NCBI GenBank assembly: GCA_001662655.1
Contig: KV460210.1
Strand: one strand, 5' to 3'
Length of the DNA stretch: 64,000 nt
Origin: Pseudogymnoascus verrucosus
Lineage: Eukaryota
Each line of letters opens with the position of its first letter. Position 1 is the stretch's first letter. Positions 10,870 to 23,641 of the stretch are shown in pieces. A program made the translations under genes and the position numbers. Below the pieces are notes generated by a model, which was given only the letters and a program-made list of their open reading frames with translations, was not told the DNA's origin and did no database searches.

Positions 10870-13800
10870 ATGGCATCGTCAAGTAGAGTTCAACAGGACA
10901 GCTTCATAGACGATGACGACCTTACATGGTACGCCTTCACCGCACCTACCTCTTACAACTTCAGTTTGAATAGTTGCTAACGAACAGAGAAGCCCACTAT
11001 GTGTGGAGGAGTTCGATCTGTCAGATCGCAACTTCCGACCATGTCCTTGTGGATATCAGGTATGCAATTTTGGCCACTCCTCGCCCCCCAAGGATATAAC
11101 CTTTAGTTACGAATACACATACGTCAAGTTACTTCTCCTAACCTTCCAAATTAGGTCTGCCAGTTCTGCTTCAACAACATCAAAAACAACATGAATGGTC
11201 TGTGCCCAGCATGTAGGAGACCATACGATGAGAAGACAATAGAGTGGAAGGTTGTCACGCAAGAAGAGTATGTTGACCAGCATGACACTTTGTTACTCTG
11301 GTGTGAAGGCTAATGAACTTTGGTTAGGATCGCACTATTTAAAGCAAACGCCCAAAAGAACGCGAAGAAGAAGGCAGAGCAACGGCATAAGGAGGCGCAG
11401 AAACGCGAAGTGGAGAGTCTCAACCGAAAGCACTTAGCTGGGCTCCGAGTAGTCCAAAAGAACTTGGTATATGTTGTTGGCCTTAGCCCTGGAATCCCGG
11501 AGCAAGATCTTCTGAAAACACTGCGTGGCGATAAATATTTCGGGCAATATGGACCTATTGTCAAAATAGTTGTCAGCAAAGCGAAGCAGGGCGAAGCACC
11601 ACCGAATAATGGTTCACTGGGCGTCTATGTCACCTTCGCAAAAAAGGAAGATGCAGCGAAATGTATAGCCGCTGTGAACGGCTCGCAAAACGGCGACAGG
11701 GTTTTACGAGCTCAACTCGGAACGACGAAATACTGCTCTGCCTATCTTCGCAACGAGATATGTACAAATAAGCAATGCATGTTTCTTCACGAACCAGGCG
11801 ACAATGATGACAGTTATTCTCGACAAGACTTATCCACGATTAATAGCGTCAATACACAGCGTCCGTTACCTGGACCTCCGACATTTTCTGGCCCTGTAGC
11901 ACAAGCTGCGCGGCAAGCAGCGCAGGCTCAGGCACCTATACAACAATCACAACCCGTTGCAGCGGCATCTCAAGTTATGGCGCGGGACCCAAGCAAAGAC
12001 GAGTTGGACAGTGGCGATGGATCGGCACTACCATCATCTGCAAGCTGGGCGAAAGGAGGGCAGCAACTAAGCAGGAGAGGAAGCCTTGCAACCAGCGCCG
12101 CCGCTTCTAGCCCAGCTATTTCGGCATCACTACCGGCGCCCGTTCATGAAGAGGAGAGTCCTGAATCGCCACAAGATCAAATTCCGCAAACGCAAGACAT
12201 CGCGACGGCCGAATCTCCCCAACAAAATTTGCTACCACAGGCGCCGTCAGACCCCGTACTGGCACAGATTTTGAAATCTATAAACTATCTTACGACATTG
12301 TCAGAAACCCCCAGTGAAAGCACTGACGAGGACTCGCAACTATGGTGGCCTTTGTTCGACGACAATGGAGGTCTGAAGCGGCGCCTAGCTCGTGAACAAC
12401 AAGAGGAAGCAACCCGACTGCACATCGAACAAGAACTTCAGGAAGAGACGAGGTCGGCACCCGAAGCCCAAGAGGAACAGGAGCCTGGAAGTGGTAGCGG
12501 GCAACTAGGGGGAGAGCCCGAAGATAGGGATGATGGCCGAGAGAGCAGCCAAGGCCAAACTTTTCATGATCAAAGGCGCCCGAGTGCCCAACAACCTATA
12601 CAACGCAGCTCTCAAGATAGTGGTGTATTTGGCGGTATTGGAGGACAAAATTTCTCGCCCAATATCGGCAATTTAGCCACAGTTAATGGGCGCGCCCTGA
12701 CACCAATACAACAACAGCAACTATTGTTGTTGAAGTCTGGCCAGTCTGGTCAGCCACAATCGGGCTTCATGGAGCAGTACCCTCCAGGAATTGGTGCTTT
12801 GGGTTCGCAACAGTCGACGTTGTTCCAACAACAGGGCCACAATCGCCAGTCGTCCAGATATAACTTCGGCGGTGATTCTGCATCGGCTGCGAAATCTATC
12901 ACAAGCTCAAAGCTGCTAGGACAACAAGCATCAATGATGGGGCTTCAGCAAGGGAACCAATTTTATGGTTCCACGGTGCCAGGGCCACCACCAGGGCTTA
13001 AATCCACTGGGACTCCTCCTAGCGGAATGTTTGGACAATCTCAATTTGGCGGTGCAGCATTTGGGGCGGCTGGAAAAGATAATAATAACGATATTATTCG
13101 GGAGATGTTGAGAAATCGAGGAGGTATTGGCGCAGGGAGCGGAGGACAGGGCCACGAAGCCGGAAAGCGTGAGTTTATGTTTCCTTTTTCTCATCAGTAC
13201 CCGTCCTCCTCCACTCCAGCCCCTGCTTCTAGCCTCACGGCAACGCTCTATGGTCCTCAGCCTGGAGCATTCCAAGACTTTGGTTCAAAGCAGAAGAAGA
13301 AGGGAAAGAAGCACAGACATGCTAACACTTCCTCCTCTGGGGGAGGTGGTCCAGTCGATCTTGCGGACCCAAATATCTTGCAGGCGAGGATGCCTCACCA
13401 GCAACAGAGCAATGCCGGAGTTGGACTGGGGCTGTTTGGGGGTCAGGCACAAGGTGGGTACAATCAGAGCATGATGTATGGCGCAGCATTCAGGGGCGGA
13501 TGGTAATCCGAAGGATAATGGGGCGTTATTTTGGTGGGCCATTAATTAGCGGTTACCCCTACGGCACATGGCGTTTTCCCCCGAAAAGGGCTTGTTTTAT
13601 GGCACAACATTTGGTGTTAGCATAGCCTCCCTGGCATGGAAGCGGGGAGCTCTTTGGCGTCGAGCATTATTTTATGCGCTTGACAATGGGGATTTCATCG
13701 GCTTTGCACGTTGTTTATTGCGGTGGGAAGGCACTACAATGGGTTCGTCATCGTCACGTCTCGACATTCTTCATGTACGTTAATTCCCCTATCCTACACT

Positions 13801-16417
13801 CGCCCTAGGATGGGTGGTTGGTCAATATAATTTTCTCACACAAATCTGTGCCTCCAGTAGAAGAATTCGAGACGCAAAGACGATGATGGACCCTGTATTG
13901 TAACTTTGTTCCACCGTGATCGACAATAAGCATTGGCCAAGATCATTGATCAAGAGCCTGGCACGCCCTGTCTACCTCCACCCATTCCATTACCGTCTTA
14001 ATTGCTTTCACACTTGGTATAGAGTTATGCTGACAATTTCACTAACAGATGACAACCTCTTGTCCATGGATGATGATGTATCCCACTCTGTGGATGCTCT
14101 GGTTGCAGAGAGCGTTTCGGAAACTGGCGCAAGCCCTTTCCATCATGGCCTTTCCATGCCTTCGCGCACGTCGACCCCATCAGTTCCTCCCGGTTTCAAT
14201 CTGCCCCATGCACACCCTTCTCCAACCCGCGATGATGCGATGGCCAAACCACAGACTAGGATTCCAGCCATACCAGCGCCGTCGCAGTACACACCACCTC
14301 GAAGCATGACCGCTACACACGTGCCTAGAGTTGGTACACCGCTTTCAACAGTATCGATTCCACCCACGCCTACCCCGGTTCCAGCAGTTGTTGTCCCGAA
14401 GCCGGGTGCTTCAAAGACCGAAGCGAGGGAGCAAGCAAAAGAAGACGTTAAGTCACTGGCGAACGACACCGGTCTCACGAAGGCGATTGCTTCTCAGTCA
14501 TCACAATCCATGGCACCCCCAGGGCTTCATCGGGAAGATTTTCCTGTATTAGAGAAAGGAAAAGCGAAAGAGGTTGCTATTCCCTCTGGACCCCGAGCCA
14601 TGACGACCGGCAAGAAAGCGGTGGCAACCCCAAGCAACGTTGCAGCTGTGACCCCTACCCCTAAGGCCGCCGCCAAAAAGTCAACGCCAGGTATACTTAA
14701 CATTTCTGTTCCGGCGCAACCATCAACCAAGGAAGTAGCCGACAAAGAGCCACCAGCAAATGCCGCCGTTCAGTCTTCCGCATTCCCGCCACTGCCTCCA
14801 AGTACTCCTGCCACATCTTCGGGGTCGTCGGTACCAAAGGGGCCCAAATCTATCCGAGTTGTACCTACAAGGACCGAGTCGCCTGCCATTAGTGCTGCCC
14901 AGCCTTTGTCCGCAATTTCCAATTATTCCGCAACTATTTCAGGGAGCCGTCAAGCTAGCATCTCTTCTAATTCTAGATTCGAGAGGCCTGGCACCCCGGC
15001 TAGTGAGATAATTTCAGACACAGCTTCTCTTACTTCGGCTTCCTTGTCCCGACCAAGTTCCCCACCGCCAACTAGGGTAGGTTCCGCACCAGTGAGAACC
15101 ACCACGAAGAGCCAGCAGAAGAAGCAACGCCGCGAGGCTATGAAGGGAAAGGAAAAAACCGAGATAGAGGCAGCGGTGGTGGAGACTCCTGAGGCCGAAG
15201 AAATTGCGCCAATTATGGGCAGGAAGAAGAAGCAAAAGAAGGCAAAGGTTAATACCAAAGCTGGTTCGCCAACACCTGTTCCTAGTCGGCCTCCAACACC
15301 GAAACAATTAGAAAAGACGGAGCCAGTGAAGGAAACCAAGGCCAACGGTGGCCCAGAAGCCTCAAAGAAACAGAAAGCCCCCGAGGTGGAGGCAACACCC
15401 AGGCCAGTTGTCGAGTCCAAGGCTGAAGTAGTCGAAGAGGCAGTGCAGGAACCCCCGGCACCTACTGTGGAAACAATAGACGAAACGTCAGACAGGCCAG
15501 TACCAACCCCATCAGCAGTGCTACAAGATTTACTCTCCCACGGGGAGGTACCCCAGCCAGATAAGCTGGCCGTCCTTAGACCACCAATGGGCTATAACCA
15601 GCGCGCTGGATTCCAGGGTGATCTGCCTGATCTTGACCATAAATTGGTTATCACTGAAGAAGATCGTGCGGCGCTGCTTTCCGGCAGGCCAGTACACAAA
15701 GTTGTGCAGGGGTCTCACAGAATCATGCTTACGCCAAATGGCGATTGTGTCCGTAACCTGACTCCTGCCGAAGAAGAGCGTTACTTGGAACTTCAGTCGC
15801 GCATCTTCCAGGAGTCAGGCCCAGCAGCTTTTGTGCCTGCCAGACACAATGCCAGCAATGGCTTCACGCTTATTGGAGGCCGCGCTGTTCCAAACGGACC
15901 ACCTGCGTTCTTCCCTCCCTTGGACGGAAGCCTGACGATCCCTCCCCTTGATCCAGTTAGCAAGATCCAGCGCGATGAGGCTTTGAGCTACATCAACCAG
16001 TACGTGCTGCCATCGCTTTCGACAAACTCTCAACTTGAGCGTGCGCTCAATGCGAATGCACTGGATACGGAGATGCTTCGTCCAAACGATACTCAATCCT
16101 GGCCAAACTGGGGTACTGGAAACGGCCAAGGCGGCAACAATGCGGCGTCGCAGGAGAACCGATCTGGTCAGGAGGGACCATACGGTGCCAATAGACAGGA
16201 TGGCATTCTTGCTAGCGGACTTGAAAGCATGACTGCGCATTTCGCCGTTGGCCGCGAGAGCAGCCGTGGACAGCCACTTGGTAATGTCACATTGCTGAGC
16301 CTGTCGGACAGCGAGACTGCGATGCAAAGCGCGAAGAAGGAGACGGAGAAGCTCGAGAAGAGCTTGAACCAGCTGCTGAAGAAGAACCGGCGGCTGTTGC
16401 TGGGTGCGGGTCATTGA
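10870..16417 (+). CDS. NOT4: CCR4-NOT E3 ubiquitin ligase Not4/Mot2. Exons 10870-10928, 10993-11059, 11155-11267, 11328-13453 (or reading on to stop 13506), 14049-16417. Long form ~1577 aa, short form ~805 aa
   Basis: Spliced C4C4 RING (CPLCVEEFDLSDRNFRPCPCGYQVCQFC...CPACRRPY), RRM (RVVQKNLVYVVGL...YFGQYG), C3H zinc finger (GTTKYCSAYLRNEICTNKQCMFLHE). The 13916-16417 ORF joins in phase through acceptor CTAACAG 14048. Confidence 0.92.
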
Positions 16418-16939
16418 CGGCGCGCAAGGAGTTTAGGCGTTCGGGTTATTAAGATGGGCATTGTCCTGTTCGGACTTGCAGAGCTGTGCCTTAGGATCAT
16501 GATCGTGAAGGTACTGCGGCTGCTTGTCGTCTGTACGATAGTGTTATGTGTATGGGTATGGAAGCGTATGGCTATGCCGGCGATTTTTGCTGGTTGGCTT
16601 GGACGCTCTTTCTAGGGCGGTTTGTAGGATTGATGTTGTTTTTCAGCGGCATAATATGGGGTTGCTTGTGTTGGGTAGCATAGCATGGGGTACCACATTA
16701 GTTGGACCAGCATTTGAGATGTATGATGATACCAGAGGATAGCTAGGCATTTACGTAAACCTATGGCGATAGCATTTTCGCTTTTAGGTTCATGAATATA
16801 AGCCTCCTTCACTCTTCTGCTGTAACTGGTCCCCGTGAAAAGCAGTTGATGCTTATTCAACCCAATTGTATACTCTATCTACCAGGTATCTATCCCCAAT
16901 TCCCGGTTATTTCTATTGAAAAACTCCAAACCGTAGATC

Positions 16940-18004
16940 TTAGTTATCAAAGATGCCAGGGAATAACCACTCGACCCTCTTCACGGCCTCCGCTCCTCTG
17001 CCCTCGGGCTTTGTGATCCATTTCACAGCTGGGGTCGTCATGCCTTCCCAGTGCTTCGCCCTGACAACATCTGTGTTCTCCAGCTTGCAAAGCTCATCCA
17101 GAACAGCGCCGACAAGGTGCTTAGCGTTCGTGCTGTTAGCAGCCATGTGGCCCATAACCATCGCAACATCGACATCCTCGCTGCTGTGCCAGCAGTCGTA
17201 GTCGGTCGCCATACAGATCATCTGGTATGCCATCTCGGCCTCACGAGCCAGCTTGGCTTCGGGCAAGGCGGACATGTTGATGACGGATCCGCCCCAAGAG
17301 CGGTACATGTGCGACTCTGCGCGAGTAGAGAATTGTGGTCCCTCTGTGAGGACATATCATTAGTAAACTCACTCTCCCAAAGAAGATGGCTCGAGACACC
17401 GAAGCGCCGAGAACTTACCCATGCAAATAATGGTGCCTTTATCGTGCATCCTGACACCCTCACCCTCAAGCGCATGTCCGCATCGCCTCACGACCTTAGC
17501 GACCTCCTCATCGAAGGGGTCCGCAAACCCGACGTGTCCGACAATCCCGCCCTCGAAGAATGTGAACGGGCGGATGCCCTTGGTGCGATCGATGACCTGG
17601 TCCGGGACGACGAAGTCGCGGGGCTTGATCTCCTCCTGCAGCGAGCCGACAGCAGAGAAGGCAATGACGCAGCGGACGCCGAGGGAGCGGAGGGCGGCGA
17701 CGTTGGCGCGGTTGGGGACTTCGTGAGGGGCGAGGGAGTGGTGGGTGCCGTGGCGGGAGAGGAAGGCGATGGCGGTGTTCTTGTGGGAGAGGATCGTGAT
17801 GGGAGAGGAAGGTGCGCCCCAGGGAGTGGTGATGTTCAGGGAGGCGATGGGAGTGTAGCCTTCGAGCTTTTGGAGACCGGTTCCGCCGATGACGGCGATG
17901 TGGACTTCGCCTTGGAGGGGTTAATATCAGGGACATTTCAGGAACATCGGTGGGAGAGGGGTATTTGGGGTCTTACCTTCATAGTGATCTGGTAGGTCGG
18001 ACAT
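16940..18004 (-). CDS. MEU1: S-methyl-5'-thioadenosine phosphorylase (~307 aa); exons 18004-17977, 17910-17419, 17343-16940
   Basis: VHIAVIGGTGL, CMEGPQFSTRAES, NMSALPEAKLAREAE, MATDYDCWH. Canonical phase-1 introns. Confidence 0.96.
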
Positions 18005-18464
18005 GGCGAGGTGGTCGAGGCGGTGTGAATTCCGGTGGTGAGGTTTTGTAGAATTTGACTTGTAGATATATGCGCCGCTCCTACTACTGAATTCACTGTT
18101 GTTGAGACGTTGTGCAGCGCTTTCGCAAAGTCCAGTCTTACCTCAGCCTCTTGCGCGATAAGCTACAAAACTTGTCTGCCCCTCCAAAACCGAAGTAATC
18201 CCGACCCCACGTTGTTACCCCTGACCAATCGACTCGGCATGTGCCCATACTCATCACGTGATATGCCATTGTTCCTGAGAAAAGTCGTTCTCACATCGAC
18301 ATTTAAGAAGACTACACAGATCTACCATAATAAATATGACATATAGATGGGATCTAGTATATTTAACTGGCTATATATACGTTTCCTTTATGTATGCTCG
18401 CCTTCCCGAATCAAAAAACAAATAACGCCACCCAACCTATAATCAACCGCCCCAAAAAGCAACG

Positions 18465-21400
18465 CTACATGAGTAAATAAAGCAACCGAACAGCCTTCTC
18501 CGCAGCTGCTATATGCCACGGTCTTGTATCCTTAACTGGATCGACAATTCCTCTGGCTCTAGCTAATGTCGCTAGACCGCTATACCATGCTAAAATCTCC
18601 CTGAGGGGGTTCTCGGCGAGCCGAGGATTTATATCCGTCCATACTATGTTCACCTCCATTACGGCAGGTACGTCAGAGCTGGATGCTCCAGTACGTTTGA
18701 TGAGGTAGCCGCTGATCGCTGTTGGGCGCACTTCAAGGGGACTGTTTGAATTGTTGACTCGATGGGCAAGCACAGCACCATAACTTTGGTTGGTAAGATC
18801 GATGAGTGTGGCGTCAGGCTCAATCTTGAGTTCCCCCGTTCCATCAGTTGGGGTTGCAGTGGGAGTACCACCTGATTGATCAGGAGAGAGTATTGATGAT
18901 GGTTGCGGAGTCGACACTGGTGTGGTATAGAATGTTGACTGAGATGTCAAAGTCGAAGCTGGTATTGAAAGGCCAGGCGGCAGAAGCTGCAGTGCTGGCT
19001 GTGTATCAACACTAAGTAGTGTTAAAGATATTTGGGCATTCCTTTCTGTTTCAGACAAGCCTTTCCAGAAGCGTACGTCCTGTGCCTCCATAACGCCACA
19101 TTTAGCGATTATGATGCGCCAGTGAACCTTCTTAGACGCTATGATATCGAGCGTAGTCTCCCATATCTCATGAGCAATATCGGAGAACTGTCTTGTCAAA
19201 GGGGCATCTTGTCTCCCTAGACAATATGAGGCTGTCATTTGTTCGCTTCCGGTGTTGTCAGACCAAGCTGCTGTGATCCAACGATCATCTATGCTTTGAG
19301 CATAGGCAATTTGCAAACACGAGTTTTCTTGTAGAAGTGAAGCCGATGGAGTCGCCGTCAACTTGAAATCAATAGTTCGTGGCAGGGGAGGTTCGATGGC
19401 AACCGACGGCGATGCAACCCCAGCCTGAAAATCGAAGCAACGATCGTACACCTCCATGGCCAATCTTGTATAATCTGTCGGAGGTAAGACGACGAGATGC
19501 GTGCGTGCGCTAACAAAGTTCAATGGCACAAGCTGCAGCACCAATTCATTGGATACCGTCTTGCCCGCCATTGCAAGTTTGTATACTTCAAACATGCTAT
19601 GGAAGGCAGAGCATATTGGCACCAAAATGTCTGGGCTTTCGGGGTCGTATACGAAATACACCACAAAGTTGGTGCTATCAGCCGCCGAAGATGCTAATAG
19701 ATTGGCGACTTGAAACAAGGCCTCGCGAATAACAGACAAGCCCTGGTCGGATGCAAATCGTGTTGCCTGGCCACCAAGCTCTATGGGGAGTAAACCATTG
19801 ACAGAGCCTTCCGTATTCAGCCTCTCGTGGCTCCCTAATCTTCTCGTCTCGTATGCGCTCCTTATATTCTCAAGGAATAAGTCTGCACTTTCCGCCATGC
19901 CTACGGCCTTCGGGAACACGCAAAGCGACGTGACATGTTTACCATTGCCGCGAGGAGCAAGCCCAAGCACATCCCAAAACGGCAATGCTGATGGAAGAAC
20001 GCTGAGCCTCGAATCTGATCTCCGCAATTGAAGATGTGGCGACGGCAATGGAAATATAGGGTTGGGTTTTGTCGGGTTTGAGCCTTGGCTTCCTTGACTC
20101 CCCTGAGAACTCGGCATCGGGCGTGGAGGAAGACGGTTATTGCCAGTCAATTGTCGTGGAACGCCTTGTATATCTAGGAAGTTTGATAACGTTTGAGGGC
20201 TAGCACCCTTGAAGTACTTCTTGGCGGCTTGTACAACATCTTGACGAATAAGATCAGGAGTATACGTCGCCTTAATATTTTCTTCGAGTGAGCTAGTATG
20301 CCTGTTGCCGTCGTTCGGGTATCGAAGTGTATATGATATTGCCTGATCACCGAGTATTTGCGCTGCAGCAATATACTCTGCGTCCGTCAATGTATATTCG
20401 TTTGCCCATGGATTTGGCCAGGCTAAGAACATGGCCGCGGACCACCGGGCAAAATCAGAATCCAAGGCAAATGGATAGACCGTGTCTAAAGCCGCATTAT
20501 TGGTCTCGTCAACTTGGCCGACTTGGAGCTCCTGAAACGACGAGGTGATCTCCTCATCATCGTTGCTTTCGCTAGTATCTTCAAGTTGCTGTCTCCGTTT
20601 TAGACTGGAAGAATTGTGCGAATAGCTACCATCCATCTCGTCACTACTGTCATCTTGATCAGACGATGGACTGGGGCTACGCGAGCCTCGCTGGGTGGGT
20701 TGCTCAAAGTTGATTGTCTGCCCAGGGACAAGAAAGTGATGGTCCGAGCCTGTATGGACGCCCCGCACGATAGACGATTTACCGGCCAGTTTGCGGCGGC
20801 GGCGGCGATTAAAGTAGTCTGTGGTCGGAAACTTTGCTCGCAACGTATTTGGAGAGACTTTAGGAGGCGGATAAATGAAGCGCCCATGGGACCCATACTT
20901 CTGGTGCAATGATGCAAACAACGCCTTGAAATCAACTCCACCAAATGCACCGGCTGGATTTAAGACGACTGACGATATGTCTTCTTGTGGTTTCGTCAGA
21001 AGAGGCTTTGAAAATACATCGAATGTGGATAGCCGCCCAAAGACATATTCGGGCTTCAATGGTGGACTAGGCTCGTCCATAGATGTTTCTGGGCCTTCCA
21101 TGCTCGCCTCGGTTTTTATTTCGATCTGGCGAGCGGGGTCGGTATCAGAAGGTAAATCTGGGGGTAGACTTTCTTCGACAGGTGATTCGTCTGTATTACC
21201 CATGTGGACATCGGCCATGTCTGGAACATCGCCCATATTTAAGTCATCCTTTGGACCAAGGGTCAATTCGTTTTCGACCACTTCCGGAGCGTTGTCCTGA
21301 CCAGGCATTTCAACATCTTGATTTCCTTGAAATATATCTGGTTCATCGAAGAAGCTGAAATCTGCGTCTGTAATATCGTTTTCTTCCCCGAAGAGATCAT

Positions 21401-23125
21401 CGCCGGCGTCGCCAAACAAGTTGCCGTTACTTGTATCTTGAAAATCGAAATCTGCGTGGCTGGCAATATCCAGAGGTCCATTTGCGTCTGCTTCAGTTTT
21501 CGTAACTAACGAGCTGCTTGCATCTGTCGACAATGGCAGGCCTTGCTGGCCTGGGGTGGACACGGCTTCATCGAAGGTAGGTGTGGCGCCCACTGTATGT
21601 TGTACTCCATCCGGTGGTGTTGGATAAACTAACCCCGCCACGCTAGACCTCCGCAAAGCCAGCGGCGAATACAAAGAATGTAAATCTTGGGCTTCACTGT
21701 CCGCCTGTGACTTGGCAGCTGCTTCTGCTGCGTCACGCTCTTTCTTCCTCCTAATTATTGTTGCTTCTCTGTCCTGTTGTCCAGCGTACCAAGTCTGCGC
21801 AAATTCAAGGGGATCGTATATGCTCAACGTTCCAAATGCATCATTCGAACTTAACGTATTATCTGTCTGCCGAAAGCAGAGAAACGAAGGCCATGGAATT
21901 AATACGCGCTCTTCGGACAATCCCTGCCTAGCATTACTTGTAAGCTGGTTCAAGTAGATTTCAACCATGAACCAGGCACTGTTCTCAAGACGCTCCTTAT
22001 TAATCCCTTTGCCCACAAGCCATTCCAAGCAGCGACTTCTCAGCCGGTGAGACGAGGGCTGTCCTTCATTCCCTGAGTGCTGAGCCTCGTCTGAATCAGT
22101 CGCAAATTTTGAAACGGTGGATTGAAACCCATTGTTTGCTAGGCCCTTGAAATTGCCCGTAGATCCTCCAGGGCCAAGGATCAAAGTTGCATTAGCAGGG
22201 ATAGGTACATCTTCATGCTTCACAAGGCGTGGAAGATCGCAGCCAATGTAGCTCATCGATGTGGTGAGAGTCGCCTTAATCACAAGCACCTTGCTGCCTG
22301 TATAATCGCTGCTCAGTGTGACAAGCTGCAAGCGATCCTCCCCCTTTCCATTATTGCTTTGGGCGGTTATCTGCGGACCTGTGGTGGCGAGGTTTGATTT
22401 CGGCACAACTAGCGTCCTGGAGCTCAAAGGGATGTATCCGTGATCAAGGCAAAGTGCATATCCCAAAGATAAAAACACGGCCGTTAGAAAGTAATCATGA
22501 ATATGTAGGCGCAGTCTTGACTGGGCAAGAAGCTGGAATTGTCGGGCCCTATCTTTCAGTGTAGGATTAATCGTGCCCGCATCATTATTCAGGCCTATGA
22601 GTGAATTGTTGACAGTAGCCTCTTTGTTCATTATTGCTGCTTGGGCAGCTCGAAAGTGCTTCTCAAACGATTCTTTTTGTGATAGAGGCTCGCCAGAATC
22701 TGTCGAAGGACTTGATATGGTATTTGTAGGAGGCTTCGATAAAGATTTCCATGATTCCAGCAGCGAGTTGGAGTCGTATGAGCCGCTGTGCTTCAATGCC
22801 AAATCAATGCCTAGATTTGAGGCAAGACTTGGCAATTGAGCAGCCCCCGAAGGAGAAGAAGCAGGTTCGGCATTATCCCCAGTCTCAAATATCCATAGCC
22901 CAGCCTTCTTATTATCTTTAGCTGCGAGAAGCCCGAGTTGCTGCAGCTGTGCGACAAGTTTGTAAAGCTCCGTCGAAACCGAGGTTGCGTCGGAAGGGCA
23001 TTCGAAAAATGAGTATGCTATCGAGTTAAGTTCGTACTACAGTAAAGTTAGCAGCCATAACAAAAAATATGTGATGTGGGACATACTGTACAAACGACAT
23101 TTGTCCCGTAGTCGCCGATATCCAT
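18465..23125 (-). CDS. SSN2: Mediator kinase-module subunit Med13 (~1536 aa); exons 23125-23087, 23036-18465
   Basis: VYPTPPDG, ITDADFSFFDEP, SALPFWDVLGLAP, AYAQSIDDRWITAAWSD, PWHIAAAEK are Med13 hallmarks. A short first exon MDIGDYGTNVVCT|GTATGT...GCTAAC...TAG extends the tracked ORF in frame. Confidence 0.92.
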
Positions 23126-23641
23126 AGTGGAGTCCAGTGGCGACTTGGGCCCAGGCAACCTCACCAGAGGGCCGGACGCGGTCTTCTATTACGCCTGGAT
23201 ATCCAGCAGTGACTTCCAAGTCTAAGGACGCGCCTAACGTTTTAAAGATAAAGCAGCTCGTCGTGATATACTGTCATGGGCGCAGTTGTTCTCGATGTCT
23301 TCACGGTTGGGATAACGTCGGAAACAGACTTCTCGATCCATTGCGTTTCGTTCGAATCAAGTAGTCGCACAACTTATGCATCGATAACGTACAACATTAC
23401 ACCGCATATACAAAGAGTTTGCTGGTGTTGCTGGCTGCGCCCGTGTGTCGTGGGTCGTGCCTGGTTGTCCTTGCAATCCGGGGTTCTGTTGTCGCCCCTC
23501 AGCCGGTAAGCAACATCGATTTCCCCAATCAGACTAACGGCGGGTATACCCGCCGCTAACAAAAGTCTAAATCTTTATCAATCCCTATCGCCGCAAAACT
23601 TCCGCGAAACTTTTCGTAGAACATCGAGAGCCACCGCCAAC

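Noticed and set aside
13916..16417. 833-aa ORF as an independent gene
   Set aside because: It starts at GTG inside intron-like sequence, and a canonical branch/acceptor at 14048 joins it in phase to NOT4.
17051..17995. 314-aa plus-strand ORF
   Set aside because: Antisense shadow of MTAP. It stays in register because both MTAP introns are multiples of 3 (75 and 66 nt); no domain seen.
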